Part shown: piece after piece, positions 9,728 through 19,845 of the stretch
Layout of the letters: every line of letters begins with the position of its first letter
Position numbering within the stretch: the stretch's first letter is position 1
Assembly: GCA_963768655.1 (NCBI GenBank)
Contig: CAVYIM010000004.1
Span: 192,001-256,000, forward strand
Direction of reading: 5' to 3'
Length of the DNA: 64,000 nt
DNA from: an uncultured Chloroflexia bacterium
Lineage (GTDB): Bacteria > Chloroflexota > Limnocylindria > Limnocylindrales > CSP1-4
Position numbers and translations under genes: made by a program
The notes under the pieces: model-generated
Database searches by the model: none
The model's input: the letters and a program-made list of their open reading frames with translations, nothing else
What the model was told of the DNA's origin: nothing

Positions 9728-11710
9728 ATGGGGACCACGGACGACGGACCGGGCCGTTCGCCGACGGCGATTTCGGGCATGACGCACCGGGCGGGCGGCG
9801 CAGGGACGGGCGGCGCTCGCGGCTCGGCCCAGGGCGCGCCCGCCGCGGGCGGAGAGGCTGCCGCCGAGCGGGGGCGTATCAACCACATGCCGGGGGCCGG
9901 TACGCCCCGCGCCGAGGCGATCAGCGCCGGGCGGCGCGAGATGCTGACCGACAGCCACCGCCTCCACATCAAGAGCCTGGCCGAGCGCGGCGCGAACCGG
10001 CCTCGCATCGGCGCGGATGCGGTCTGCGAGGCTCTGCTCCGCCAGGGCGTGGGGGTCTTCTTCGGGTACCCGGGCGGCGTCGTCCTGCCCTTCTACGACG
10101 TCCTCGGCGACTACCCGGAGCTGCGCCACATCCTGGTCCGCCACGAGCAGGGCGGCGCCCACGCCGCCGAAGGCTACGCCCGCGCCACCGGCAAGGTCGG
10201 CGTCTGCCTGGCCACCTCGGGCCCGGGCGCGACGAACCTGGTCACCGGCATTGGCAACGCCATGCTGGACTCGGTTCCGATCGTGGCCATCACCGGCAAT
10301 GTCGTCGGTTCGCTGCTCGGCAAGGACGCCTTCCAGGAGATCGATATCACGGGCATCACGCTGCCCTGCACCAAGCACAACTACCTGGTCCGCGATCCCA
10401 ACGACATCCCCCGCGTCTTCGCCGAAGCCTTCCACATCGCCCGCACCGGACGTCCGGGCCCGGTCCATATCGACCTGACCAAAGACGCGCTGATGGGGGA
10501 GTGCTCGGCCGCGCACCCGGACAGCGTCGATCTGCCCGGCTTCAAGCCCACCTTCGAGGGCCATCCCCGCCAGATCAAGCTGGCGGCCCAGGAGATCGCC
10601 AGGTCCGAACGCCCGGTCATCCTGGCCGGCCACGGAGTCCTGATCGCCGACGCCACCGAAGAGCTGCGTGAGCTGGCCGAGAAGGCCCAGATTCCTGTGG
10701 CCCACACGCTCCTCGGCGTCAGCGCCATGGACGAGACAAACCCGCTCAGCCTGGGCTTTGTCGGCATGCACGGCTGGAAGCACGTCAATCGGGCGATCCA
10801 GTCGGCCGACCTGCTGATCGCCCTGGGAATGCGGTTCGACGACCGGGTCACCGGCCACGTGCCCACCTTCGCGCCCTACGCCCGGATCGTCCATGTCGAC
10901 ATCGACCCGGCCGAGATCGGCAAGAACGTGGCTGTCGAGATCCCGATCGTGGGCGACGTCAAGCGCGTCCTGCGGGCCCTCATCCCCCAGGTCGAGGCCG
11001 TGGCTCCGGAGCGGCGAGCGGCGTATCTGGCGGAGATCGCCGCGTGGCGGGCCGAGTCGCAGAAGACGCCGTGGCACGGCTCGGGGGCGTGGCGCAACGG
11101 CCAGCTCTCGGCCGACTTCGTGGTCAGCCGCATCGGCGATGCCACGGGACACGACGCGACCATCGTCGCCGACGTGGGCCAGAACCAGATGTGGACCGCC
11201 CGTTACGGCGGCTTCCGCCGGCCGAACAGCCACATCAGCTCCGGCGGCCTCGGGACGATGGGCTACGGCCTGCCGGCCGGAATGGGCGCCGCCGTGGGCC
11301 GGCCCGACAAGGAGACCTGGTCGATCGTCGGCGACGGCGGGCTGCAGATGACCGTCCAGGAGCTGATGACACTGGTTCAGGAACACATTCCGCTCCGGAT
11401 CGCGCTGCTCAACAACCACAAGCTGGGCATGGTCCGGCAGTGGCAGGAACTCGTGTACGCCGGCAACTACCATTCCTCGCATCTGCTCGGCCCCGACTGG
11501 TGCAAGCTCGCGGAGGCGTACGGCGTCGCCGCCTTCCGAGCCGACTCGCCCGAGCAGGTCGACGCCGCAATCGCTTCCGCCCGGGCCGTGGACGGCCCGG
11601 CGCTGATCGAGTTCTGCATCGCCCAGGAACAGAACGTCTTCCCGATGATGCCGGCCGGCAAGGGCCTGTCGGATCTGCTCGAGGAACAGTTCGAGGAGCC
11701 CAACCGATGA
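9728..11710 (+). CDS. ilvB: Acetolactate synthase large subunit (start uncertain; alternative ATG 9941)
   Basis: FGYPGGVVLP, RHEQGGAHAAEGYAR, TSGPGATN, DVGQNQMW, GDGGLQM..NN..LGMVRQWQ. Confidence 0.96.
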   Translation: MGTTDDGPGRSPTAISGMTHRAGGAGTGGARGSAQGAPAAGGEAAAERGRINHMPGAGTPRAEAISAGRREMLTDSHRLHIKSLAERGANRPRIGADAVCEALLRQGVGVFFGYPGGVVLPFYDVLGDYPELRHILVRHEQGGAHAAEGYARATGKVGVCLATSGPGATNLVTGIGNAMLDSVPIVAITGNVVGSLLGKDAFQEIDITGITLPCTKHNYLVRDPNDIPRVFAEAFHIARTGRPGPVHIDLTKDALMGECSAAHPDSVDLPGFKPTFEGHPRQIKLAAQEIARSERPVILAGHGVLIADATEELRELAEKAQIPVAHTLLGVSAMDETNPLSLGFVGMHGWKHVNRAIQSADLLIALGMRFDDRVTGHVPTFAPYARIVHVDIDPAEIGKNVAVEIPIVGDVKRVLRALIPQVEAVAPERRAAYLAEIAAWRAESQKTPWHGSGAWRNGQLSADFVVSRIGDATGHDATIVADVGQNQMWTARYGGFRRPNSHISSGGLGTMGYGLPAGMGAAVGRPDKETWSIVGDGGLQMTVQELMTLVQEHIPLRIALLNNHKLGMVRQWQELVYAGNYHSSHLLGPDWCKLAEAYGVAAFRADSPEQVDAAIASARAVDGPALIEFCIAQEQNVFPMMPAGKGLSDLLEEQFEEPNR

Positions 11711-12348
11711 GCCCCACCGGTTCGAACCCCGGGGGCGGCGCCGATCAAGGCGTCGCCCCGGCGCTGGGTGGTGCGGCCGCATCTCACTCGGCGCCGGCCC
11801 ACACCGCGCCGCCGGCGCGGGCTCTGCCCGGCCACGGCGAGGCGCACCGTCACGTGCTCGTCGCCATCGTCCTGAACAGGCCCGGCGTCCTCAACCGCGT
11901 CGCCAGCCTCATGCGGGCGCGCAATTTCAACATCGAGACCCTCGCGGTCAGTCACACTGATCAGCCGGAGGTCAGCCGCATGACGCTCACGCTCCACGGC
12001 GACGACGTGGCGGTCGAGCAGGCGGCCAAGCAGCTGTACCGGCTCATCGACGTCCTCAAGGTCCAGGACGTCACCAGCGACCCGACCGTCGAGCACGAGA
12101 TCGCGCTGATCAAGGTCCGCGCCGACGACCGCAATCGCGGCGAGGTGTTGACCATCGCGGACATGTACAAGGCCAGAGTCGTGGATCTTGCGGCCGAGTC
12201 GCTGATCGTGGAGGCGACCGGGACCGAGGCCGAGGTGGATGCGCTCATCGCGCTCCTTCGCGGGTTCGGGATCAAGGAGCTCGTCCGCTCGGGAACCGTC
12301 GTTATGTCCCGGGGTGCCGGGTCGATCGAGGAGGCAGTCAAGCGATGA
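11707..12348 (+). CDS. ilvN: Acetolactate synthase small regulatory subunit
   Basis: [26 protein letters not shown] domain, [12 protein letters not shown]; ATGA overlaps on both sides. Confidence 0.95.
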   Translation: MSPTGSNPGGGADQGVAPALGGAAASHSAPAHTAPPARALPGHGEAHRHVLVAIVLNRPGVLNRVASLMRARNFNIETLAVSHTDQPEVSRMTLTLHGDDVAVEQAAKQLYRLIDVLKVQDVTSDPTVEHEIALIKVRADDRNRGEVLTIADMYKARVVDLAAESLIVEATGTEAEVDALIALLRGFGIKELVRSGTVVMSRGAGSIEEAVKR

Positions 12349-13385
12349 CCGCGCGCATGTACTACGACAACGATGCCGACCCCAAGGCTCTCGCCGGCCA
12401 GAAGATCGCCATCATCGGCTACGGGAGCCAGGGCCACGCCCACGCCCAGAACCTGCACGACTCCGGCTACGACGTGACCGTCGTCGAGTCCAACCCCAAG
12501 GCCCGCGCCCTCGCCGAAGAGGCCGGTCTCAAGACGGCCGACATCGCGGACGCCGTCAAGGCCGCGGACGTGATCATGATCCTGGTCCCCGACACCATCC
12601 AGAAGAAGGTGTACGAGGAATCGATCCGGCCGAACATGCACGCCGGCCAGCTGCTCATGTTCGCCCACGGTTTCAACATCCGCTTCGACCGCATCCGCCC
12701 GGGCGAGGGCATCGACGTGGGCATGGTCGCGCCCAAGGGCCCAGGCCATCTCGTCCGCTCCGTTTTCGAACAAGGCGGCGGCGTGCCCGCTCTCTTCGCC
12801 GTCGAGAAGGACGCCACCGGGACCGCCCGTGCCCGTACCCTCGCCTACGCGCGTGGCATCGGCGCCACCCGCGCCGGCGTTCTCGAGACGACGTTCAAGG
12901 AAGAGACCGAGACGGATCTCTTCGGCGAGCAGGTCGTGCTCTGCGGCGGCGTCACGAACCTGATCAAGAACGGCTTCGAGACCCTGGTCGAGGCGGGCTA
13001 CCAGCCGGAGCTGGCCTACTTCGAGGTGATGCACGAGCTCAAGCTGATCGTCGACCTGATGTACCGCGGCGGCATGAACTTCATGCGCTTCTCGGTCAGC
13101 GACACCGCCGAGTACGGCGACTACGTCTCCGGCCCGCGGATCATCGACGCCCGCGTGCGCGCGGAGATGAAGAAGGTTCTGGGCGAGATCCAGGACGGCA
13201 GCTTCGCGGCGGCATGGATCGCCGAGAACGAGGCCGGCCTGCCGAACTTCAAGAAGATGCGCGAGGCCGGCCGCGACCACCAGGTCGAGCAGGTCGGTGC
13301 CCGGCTGCGCAAGGCCATGCCGTTCCTCAACCCCGTTGAGGTCGTCGACGGCCAGCCGCAGGCCTCGGCCAGGTCCAAGGAGTAG
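12345..13385 (+). CDS. ilvC: Ketol-acid reductoisomerase
   Basis: [43 protein letters not shown]. Confidence 0.97.
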   Translation: MTARMYYDNDADPKALAGQKIAIIGYGSQGHAHAQNLHDSGYDVTVVESNPKARALAEEAGLKTADIADAVKAADVIMILVPDTIQKKVYEESIRPNMHAGQLLMFAHGFNIRFDRIRPGEGIDVGMVAPKGPGHLVRSVFEQGGGVPALFAVEKDATGTARARTLAYARGIGATRAGVLETTFKEETETDLFGEQVVLCGGVTNLIKNGFETLVEAGYQPELAYFEVMHELKLIVDLMYRGGMNFMRFSVSDTAEYGDYVSGPRIIDARVRAEMKKVLGEIQDGSFAAAWIAENEAGLPNFKKMREAGRDHQVEQVGARLRKAMPFLNPVEVVDGQPQASARSKE

Positions 13386-13478
13386 TTGCCAAAGCGATGA
13401 GTGGCGAGGCCGGATCGGTTTCGGCCTCGCTACTCCGCCCCGCCACCTGCCCGGAAGCCAGACAATGGAGAACCTCCA

Positions 13479-14663
13479 GTGAGCACGCCTCAGCCGCTGA
13501 ATCAGGCCGACCCAGCGGCGACGTATCGCCTCGTCGTCGTTCCCGGTGATGGGATCGGCCCGGAGGTGATTGCCGGCGGCCGGCGCGTGCTCGAGACGAC
13601 AGGGCAGATTTTCGGGTTCGGGATCGAGTGGACCGAAGTGCTCGTCGGCGGCGTCGCCTTCGATGCGTACGGCGTCGGTGTCCGCGACGAAGACGTCGAC
13701 AAGTGCGCAGCCGCCGATGCCGTCTACTTCGGTGCGATCGGGGACCCGCGGTTCAACGATCCGAGGTCGAAGGTTCGGCCCGAGCAGGCGCTCCTGCGGC
13801 TCCGCAAGGACCTCTGCCTGTACGCCAACCTTCGGCCGGTCACGGTCCAGCCCATCCTCGCGGCCAGTTCGCCCGTTCGCGAATCGCTGGTGAAGGACGT
13901 GGATCTGCTGATCGTCCGAGAGCTGACCGGTGGCCTCTACTTCGGCAAGCCCTCGGAAACCCGCGTGACGCCTGCGGGGCGCGAAGTCGTGGACACACTC
14001 ACCTACACCGAGCACGAAATCCGCCGCGTCGTGAAGCTCGGCTTCGAACTGGCACGCAGCCGCCGCAAGAAGCTGACCAGCGTCGACAAGGCGAACGTGC
14101 TGGAGTCGAGCCGGCTGTGGCGGACGATCGTCGAGGAGGTCAAGCCCGAGTACCCGGACGTCGAGCTGGAGCATCGGCTGGTGGACGCCTGCGCCATGTC
14201 GCTCGTCACTCGCCCCGCCCAGTTCGACGTGATGGTCATGGAGAATCTCTTCGGCGACATCCTGAGCGACGAGGCCAGCGTGCTGGCGGGCTCGCTCGGG
14301 ATGCTGCCTTCGGCATCGCTGGGAGAGAGGCGAACGGACCACGGACTGTTCGGCTTGTACGAGCCCATTCACGGATCCGCGCCCGACATCGCGGGCCAGG
14401 ACATTGCCAACCCGCTGGCGACGATCCTCTCCGCGGCAATGATGCTGCGCTGGTCCCTGGGCCAGACTGCCGCGGCCGAGGCGATCGAGGCCGCGGTCGG
14501 GGCCGCGCTGGCAGACGGCTACCGGACGCCGGATCTGGTCGCCGCGACGGGCGAGCAGCCGGGGCAGCGCAAGGTCGGGACGCAGGCCATGGCCGATGCG
14601 GTAGTCGCCGCCCTCCAGGCCGCGGCCGGGGCTGCCGGCGGCGCGAAGGCGGCCGTCCAATGA
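13479..14663 (+). CDS. leuB: 3-isopropylmalate dehydrogenase
   Basis: PGDGIGPEV, RELTGGLYFG, DKANVL, NLFGDILSDEAS, YEPIHGSAPDIAG; GTG start after GGAGAA. Confidence 0.96.
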   Translation: MSTPQPLNQADPAATYRLVVVPGDGIGPEVIAGGRRVLETTGQIFGFGIEWTEVLVGGVAFDAYGVGVRDEDVDKCAAADAVYFGAIGDPRFNDPRSKVRPEQALLRLRKDLCLYANLRPVTVQPILAASSPVRESLVKDVDLLIVRELTGGLYFGKPSETRVTPAGREVVDTLTYTEHEIRRVVKLGFELARSRRKKLTSVDKANVLESSRLWRTIVEEVKPEYPDVELEHRLVDACAMSLVTRPAQFDVMVMENLFGDILSDEASVLAGSLGMLPSASLGERRTDHGLFGLYEPIHGSAPDIAGQDIANPLATILSAAMMLRWSLGQTAAAEAIEAAVGAALADGYRTPDLVAATGEQPGQRKVGTQAMADAVVAALQAAAGAAGGAKAAVQ

Positions 14664-16336
14664 GCAACCGCGTAGTCCTCTACGACACGACGCTCCGCGA
14701 CGGGACGCAGCGTGAAGGCCTGATCGTGTCGCTGGCGGACAAGATCAAGATCGCTCGCCGCCTGGACGAATTCGGCCTGGCCTACATCGAAGGCGGCTGG
14801 CCGGGCTCCAATCCCAAGGACGTCGACTTCTTCGCGGCCGCCCGGTCGATCCAGTGGAAGAACGCGAAGCTCGCGGCCTTCGGCTCCACCCGGCACCGCT
14901 CCAACCGCGCGGAGACCGACCCGAACCTGGTCGCCATCGTCGCCGCCGGCACGCCGGTCGTGACGATCTTCGGCAAGAGCTGGCTGCTGCACGTCCGCGA
15001 CGTTCTCGGCGCCACGCCCGAGGAGAACCTGGCGATGGTGGCCGACTCCGTGGCCTTCCCGGCCGCCGCAGGCCGCGAGATGGTCTACGACGCGGAGCAC
15101 TACTTCGACGGCTACAAGGACGATCCCGCCTACGCCCTGGCCACTCTCCGAGCGGCCCGCGGCGCCGGGGCGGCCACCCTCGTACTGTGCGATACCAACG
15201 GCGGCACGCTGACCGATGAGCTGGTGGAGATCGTGCGCGCGACGATGGCCGCTCTCGCGGACGACCTCGACGGCGGCGCTGCCGAGGTGATCTGGGGCAT
15301 CCACTGCCATAACGACTCGGAGCTGGCGGTGGCCAACTCCCTGGCGGCGATCGCCAGCGGCGTCCGCCACGTCCAGGGCACGATCAACGGTTACGGCGAG
15401 CGCTGCGGCAACGCCAATCTGGTCAGCATCCTGGCCGACCTGGAACTCAAGACGAGCTACGAGCCCGTTCCGTCGGGCCGCCTGGGTGAGCTGACGGAGA
15501 TGGCCCGCTACGTGGCCGAGATCGTCAACATCGCGCCGGACGACCACCAGCCGTACGTCGGCCGCTCGGCGTTTGCCCACAAGGGCGGAGTCCACGGCTC
15601 CGCGACCGCGCGCGCCAGCCGCGCCTACCAGCACGTGGACCCCGGCGTAGTCGGCAACGTCATGCGCCTCGTGGTTAGCGAGCTCGGCGGCAAGGCCAAC
15701 ACGCAGCTTCGCGCCGAGCAGCTCGGCCAGCAGCTCGACGGCGTGGATCCGAAGGCGCTGAGCCAGGTCATCAAGCAGCTCGAGGCCGAAGGGCTCGCGT
15801 TCGAGGGCGCCGAGGCGTCGTTCGAGCTGCTGGTGAAACGCCACAAGGCCGGCTACGAGCCGCCCTTCGAGCTGTGCGACTACACTGTTCTCGTGGAGCA
15901 GCGCGGCGGGGCCGAGCTGCTGGCCGAGGCCACGGTCAAGGTCGAGGTCGCGGGCGAGGTGCTCCACACCGCAGCTGACGGCAACGGCCCGGTCAACGCC
16001 CTGGACACCGCCCTGCGCAAGGCCCTGGGCGCCTTCTACCCGCAGCTCGACTCGGTGCACCTGGTGGACTACAAGGTCCGCATCCTCGACAGCGAGGAGG
16101 CGACGGGCGCTCAGACGCGGGTCATCATCGATTCATCGGACGGCGCCCGGGAGTGGTCGACGATGGGCAGCGGAACGAACATCATCGCGGCGTCGTGCCA
16201 GGCCCTGTGCGACTCGCTCGAATACGCCATCTGGAAGACGGGCGCGGAAGTGCGGCGACGCGACGAGCGCCACTTCACCACCGCCGCGCCCGGCAACGGC
16301 ACGGCCGGCGCCACCCGGCCGGGCCGCTCCGGGTAG
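14660..16336 (+). CDS. cimA: Citramalate synthase (LeuA/CimA family)
   Basis: YDTTLRDGTQREG, IEGGWPGSNPKD, YDAEHYFDG, SAFAHKGGVH, GNGPVNALD, DYKVRIL. Confidence 0.9.
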   Translation: MSNRVVLYDTTLRDGTQREGLIVSLADKIKIARRLDEFGLAYIEGGWPGSNPKDVDFFAAARSIQWKNAKLAAFGSTRHRSNRAETDPNLVAIVAAGTPVVTIFGKSWLLHVRDVLGATPEENLAMVADSVAFPAAAGREMVYDAEHYFDGYKDDPAYALATLRAARGAGAATLVLCDTNGGTLTDELVEIVRATMAALADDLDGGAAEVIWGIHCHNDSELAVANSLAAIASGVRHVQGTINGYGERCGNANLVSILADLELKTSYEPVPSGRLGELTEMARYVAEIVNIAPDDHQPYVGRSAFAHKGGVHGSATARASRAYQHVDPGVVGNVMRLVVSELGGKANTQLRAEQLGQQLDGVDPKALSQVIKQLEAEGLAFEGAEASFELLVKRHKAGYEPPFELCDYTVLVEQRGGAELLAEATVKVEVAGEVLHTAADGNGPVNALDTALRKALGAFYPQLDSVHLVDYKVRILDSEEATGAQTRVIIDSSDGAREWSTMGSGTNIIAASCQALCDSLEYAIWKTGAEVRRRDERHFTTAAPGNGTAGATRPGRSG

Positions 16337-16351
16337 TCGCAGGAGGGATCG

Positions 16352-17248
16352 ATGGCATCGCCAGCGTCCGGGATTCGGTCGGCGCCGGAGCCGCCCAGAG
16401 CCTCGCCTCACGTCGCGTTCCAGGGAGAGCCCGGGGCCTTTTCGGAGGATGGCGTCCTGTCTGCGTTCGCCGCTCCCGAAGCCGTCGCGATGCCGACGTG
16501 GCGGGCCGTCTTCGAGGCCGTGCACGAAGGGTCGGCCGACGCCGGCGTCGTCCCCATCGAGCGTTCGGCCGGGGGCAGCGTGCGCGAGATCTACGACCTG
16601 CTCTTCAAGTTCGATGAGATCCGGATCGCCGCCGAGGTGACGGTGCCGGTTCGGCTGGCCCTGCTCGCCCTGCCCGGCCAGACGCTCGACCAGATCGAGC
16701 GCGTGTACAGCATCGCCCAGGCGTTGGACCAGGCCGACGAGTTCCTGCGCTCCCGGCCGTGGCAGGTCATGACCAGCTACAACACGGCGGGCGCCGCCAA
16801 ATCCATCGCCGAGAAGCGCGAGATGGCGGGAGCCGCCGTGGCCTCCGCCCGGGTCGCTCCGCTGTACGGCCTGGAGGTGCTCGCCGCCGACATCCAGACC
16901 GGCGACGCGAACCGGACCAGGTTCGCCGTTCTCGCGCGCGATCCTCTACCTGACTCGTGGTTCGTTCCGGAAGCGCTGGCGGGTCCGATGAAGACGACGC
17001 TGGTCTGGGCGGTCCGCAACGTGCCGGGCAGCCTGTACCGCTGCCTCGGCTGCTTCGCCGAGCGCAGGATCAACCTGTCCCGCCTGGAGTCCCGACCGAG
17101 CCGGGGCGTTCGCTGGGAATATGTCTTCTGGGCCGACATGGACTCGGACCCCGAGTCGCCCGACTGCGCCGCGGCACTGGCTTCCCTCCTGCGCGAGGCC
17201 GTGATGGTCAGGGTCGCGGGCGTCTACCACCGGGCGGCCGAGGCCTAG
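16352..17248 (+). CDS. pheA: Prephenate dehydratase
   Basis: AFQGEPGAFSE, NRTRF and INLSRLESRP (ACT domain). Confidence 0.92.
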   Translation: MASPASGIRSAPEPPRASPHVAFQGEPGAFSEDGVLSAFAAPEAVAMPTWRAVFEAVHEGSADAGVVPIERSAGGSVREIYDLLFKFDEIRIAAEVTVPVRLALLALPGQTLDQIERVYSIAQALDQADEFLRSRPWQVMTSYNTAGAAKSIAEKREMAGAAVASARVAPLYGLEVLAADIQTGDANRTRFAVLARDPLPDSWFVPEALAGPMKTTLVWAVRNVPGSLYRCLGCFAERRINLSRLESRPSRGVRWEYVFWADMDSDPESPDCAAALASLLREAVMVRVAGVYHRAAEA

Positions 17249-17320
17249 GCTGAACAGCCCGGCTCGGGTCCGCCGACCAGGGCGCCGCAGGGGCCCGACG
17301 CGCCTGCTATGCCGCGCCGC

Positions 17321-18028
17321 TCAGGCGGGCTTGCGCACCGCATCTCGCCGCATGCGTTGCAGCGAGAAGATGTAGCGCACGATCTTGTCCTGCGCCATCT
17401 CCGAGATCGCGACGAAGTGCACGGCGATCGACGTCATCGGAACTTTGGCGGAGGCTTTCGACCTGGCGCGGCCCTCGACGATCTCCTCGACGCGGACGAC
17501 CTCCGCCTCCGCCTCCACCGCCTCCAGACCCAGGCCGATGCTGATCGCGATCTCATCGCCGACGGCCACGATCGGCTCGCCGGGCTGAATCACGAACTGG
17601 ATTCCACCGGCGCTGATGTTGCGCGTCGTCCCTCTTCCTGTCAGGCCGGCGATGCCGTCGTCGCTCTGGTCGGTGACCGTATATACGACCGGGCACTGGG
17701 CGTCCAGGCGGAGGTGCGCGCGCCGCTGGACGAGCTGGAAATCGTCCGGCCATTCGACCGAGAACAGGCGCGACCGGCTCGGCCCGAGGTGGCTCAGGAA
17801 GGTCGACGCCGCCACCATCGCCGCGCCCTCGCGCTTGAAGGTCAAGACCACCGGCTGGTCCGGTCGAACCTGCGCCAGGCCGGCGTCGGGTCGAACCAGG
17901 CCAAGCCACAGGCTCGTGGGCATCACGCTGACGACGACCGCGCGCAGCCCAACGACCTTCCCGTCGATATCGACCTCGACGAGAACCTGATCGTGAACCA
18001 CGGGCTTTCTGTTCGGTTCGTTCATCAT
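17321..18028 (-). CDS. PilZ-domain c-di-GMP receptor (YcgR flagellar-brake-like)
   Basis: QRRAHLR (RxxxR) and NISAGG (D/NxSxxG) motifs; C-terminal DKIVRYIF..QR. Confidence 0.88.
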   Translation of the reverse strand: MMNEPNRKPVVHDQVLVEVDIDGKVVGLRAVVVSVMPTSLWLGLVRPDAGLAQVRPDQPVVLTFKREGAAMVAASTFLSHLGPSRSRLFSVEWPDDFQLVQRRAHLRLDAQCPVVYTVTDQSDDGIAGLTGRGTTRNISAGGIQFVIQPGEPIVAVGDEIAISIGLGLEAVEAEAEVVRVEEIVEGRARSKASAKVPMTSIAVHFVAISEMAQDKIVRYIFSLQRMRRDAVRKPA

Positions 18029-18170
18029 CTCCGCGACCGCCTCGTCCGGACGCGTGGTGCTGGACGGCCTGGATGCGCCGGTCCACTGCCGGCAGCTCGC
18101 CGTCGCAGGGCCCGAACGACTCGGCCGGAGGCAGCGGCTGCCTGGGCGAGGATACAGCCTGTCGGACTAT

Positions 18171-18198
18171 GAATCGGCCTCGACGCCCGACCCCTTGA
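18171..18198 (-). promoter_or_regulatory. Sigma28 (FliA/SigD)-type promoter of the PilZ gene
   Basis: Minus strand TCAA-N16-GCCGATTC. Confidence 0.6.
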
Positions 18199-18573
18199 GG
18201 GCGGGGGCCCACGGAGCCCACGGACGTTCGATCCCAGGGCGAGTGGTCATTCGAACCCCCGCCCCGTACCCCTTTGGTCCGGCTCCTGTGCCCGCCTGTT
18301 GCATGAGTCGAGGCAGGACCGCCGGCCAGCCGATGGTCCGGGTGCGGGCAGGCACCGCAATCGGCGATTCACCTACCTAACTTGAGGTGACCAACGTACC
18401 AGCAGTGCGCAGCCTGAGGTCCGGTTGTGAGGCCCCTATTTCGGGGGTTTGATGAGGTCAACGCGCTGGGCAAGAACCGGCGATCGGTGCCCAAAAGCAA
18501 CTTTCGCAGGAGGCCCTCGCCGCCCGGCCGCCCGGAGGTACCGGCCACCGGCCGTGACATGAAGGACTGCAGT

Positions 18574-19173
18574 ATGGAGAGCACGAAGACCCACCGGCGC
18601 CGCAGGCGAGGCCTGCTCGCCCTGCTGATGGCAGGGACCGCACTCATCAGCGCCACTGGCGCGACCATGTCCCTGGCGCTGTTCACCGACCAGGCTGTCG
18701 CCAACGCCAACACGTTTACCACCGGCACGATCCACATCGGGATCACGCCGACGGCGACCATCCTGAGCGACGTCACGATGATGCCCGGCGACACCGTAAA
18801 CGGGTCCGTCGTCGTGACCAACACCGGAAGTGCGTCACTTCGCTACGCCATCTCCGGCTCCGCCTCGAACCTTGACACCAAGGGTCTGGCGTCACAGATC
18901 ACGGTCACGATCAAGACGGCGGATACCGTCGGCGGCACGACGTGCACGGCCTTCGCCGGCACGACGCTGTTTACCGGAGTGGTCCCCTACGTCGAAGGCC
19001 CCCTCTTTGGCACCTACACGGCCCATCCGAACGGCGGCCGCACGCTCGCTGCGGCAGCATTCGAGACCCTCTGCTTCCGCGCGACGCTACCCCTCAATAC
19101 CGCGATTGGCTACGAGGGCGCCACGACGACGATGACCTTCACCTTCTATGCCGAGCAGACCCAGAACAACTAG
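18574..19173 (+). CDS. TasA/camelysin-like protein with SipW-class signal peptide
   Basis: Basic N-terminus and hydrophobic stretch, then SLALFTD..NTFTTGTI; MMPGD..VTNTGS; C-terminal FTFYAEQ. Confidence 0.85.
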   Translation: MESTKTHRRRRRGLLALLMAGTALISATGATMSLALFTDQAVANANTFTTGTIHIGITPTATILSDVTMMPGDTVNGSVVVTNTGSASLRYAISGSASNLDTKGLASQITVTIKTADTVGGTTCTAFAGTTLFTGVVPYVEGPLFGTYTAHPNGGRTLAAAAFETLCFRATLPLNTAIGYEGATTTMTFTFYAEQTQNN

Positions 19174-19194
19174 TAGCGCTTCGGCTGCACCGAC

Positions 19195-19230
19195 GCCGGC
19201 CGTGACTCGCCTCGACGGGTCACGGCCGGC
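19195..19230 (+). terminator. Intercistronic stem-loop after the TasA-like gene
   Basis: gccggccgtgactcg-cctcga-cgggtcacggccggc; no U tract. Confidence 0.55.
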
Positions 19231-19263
19231 CGTCCGGCACTCTGGAAGGACAGGCAGGGACCT

Positions 19264-19845
19264 ATGAGCACAGCATTGCGGTTGACGCGCTGGCTGCTCG
19301 ACCTGGCCCTCATCGCGCTCGTGTTGTCTGTCCTCTCCCTCGTTCTTGCCGCCAACATCGGCCCCGCGATCGGCCATCAGATGGTCGTCATCCGGGGCTC
19401 CTCGATGTCGCCGGCAATCCCGCTGGGAGCCGTCGTCGACATCACCAGCGTCAAGCCCCAGGACCTCAAGGTCGGCGACGTGGTCACCATTACGTCGCCC
19501 GGGGGCACCGTCTACACCCACCGCATCGCCAGGATCGTCACCCAGCCGGACGGGATGTACATCGAAACCCAGGGCGACGCGGTCGGCCACCCCGACTCGC
19601 CGCTCCAGCCGGTATCCGAAGTGACCGGTCGAGTCACCTACTCGCTGCCGTTCCTGGGGTTCTTGCTGTACATGCTTACCATTCCGACCGGCGTCGTTTC
19701 GATCTTCTCCCTGGCCATCACCATGCTGTTGTGCATCTGGCTGCTCGAGGACCTTGAGCAACACCAGGTCCAGGACCAGGAACCTTACGAGTGCGAGCTG
19801 GCGAGGACCCTGGACGCGTTGCGCATGCGTGAGAGGCTGGGATGA
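19264..19845 (+). CDS. sipW: Signal peptidase I, SipW/ER-type
   Basis: IRGSSMSPAI (Ser), KVGDVVT, YTHRI (His), TQGDA...D, PFLG. Confidence 0.88.
   Translation: MSTALRLTRWLLDLALIALVLSVLSLVLAANIGPAIGHQMVVIRGSSMSPAIPLGAVVDITSVKPQDLKVGDVVTITSPGGTVYTHRIARIVTQPDGMYIETQGDAVGHPDSPLQPVSEVTGRVTYSLPFLGFLLYMLTIPTGVVSIFSLAITMLLCIWLLEDLEQHQVQDQEPYECELARTLDALRMRERLG

Noticed and set aside
18200-18570. c-di-GMP riboswitch between the PilZ and TasA-like genes
   Set aside because: Hairpins exist but I could not find the class I GGCAAAC..GAAA..GACGCAAAG core; an Rfam scan would settle it
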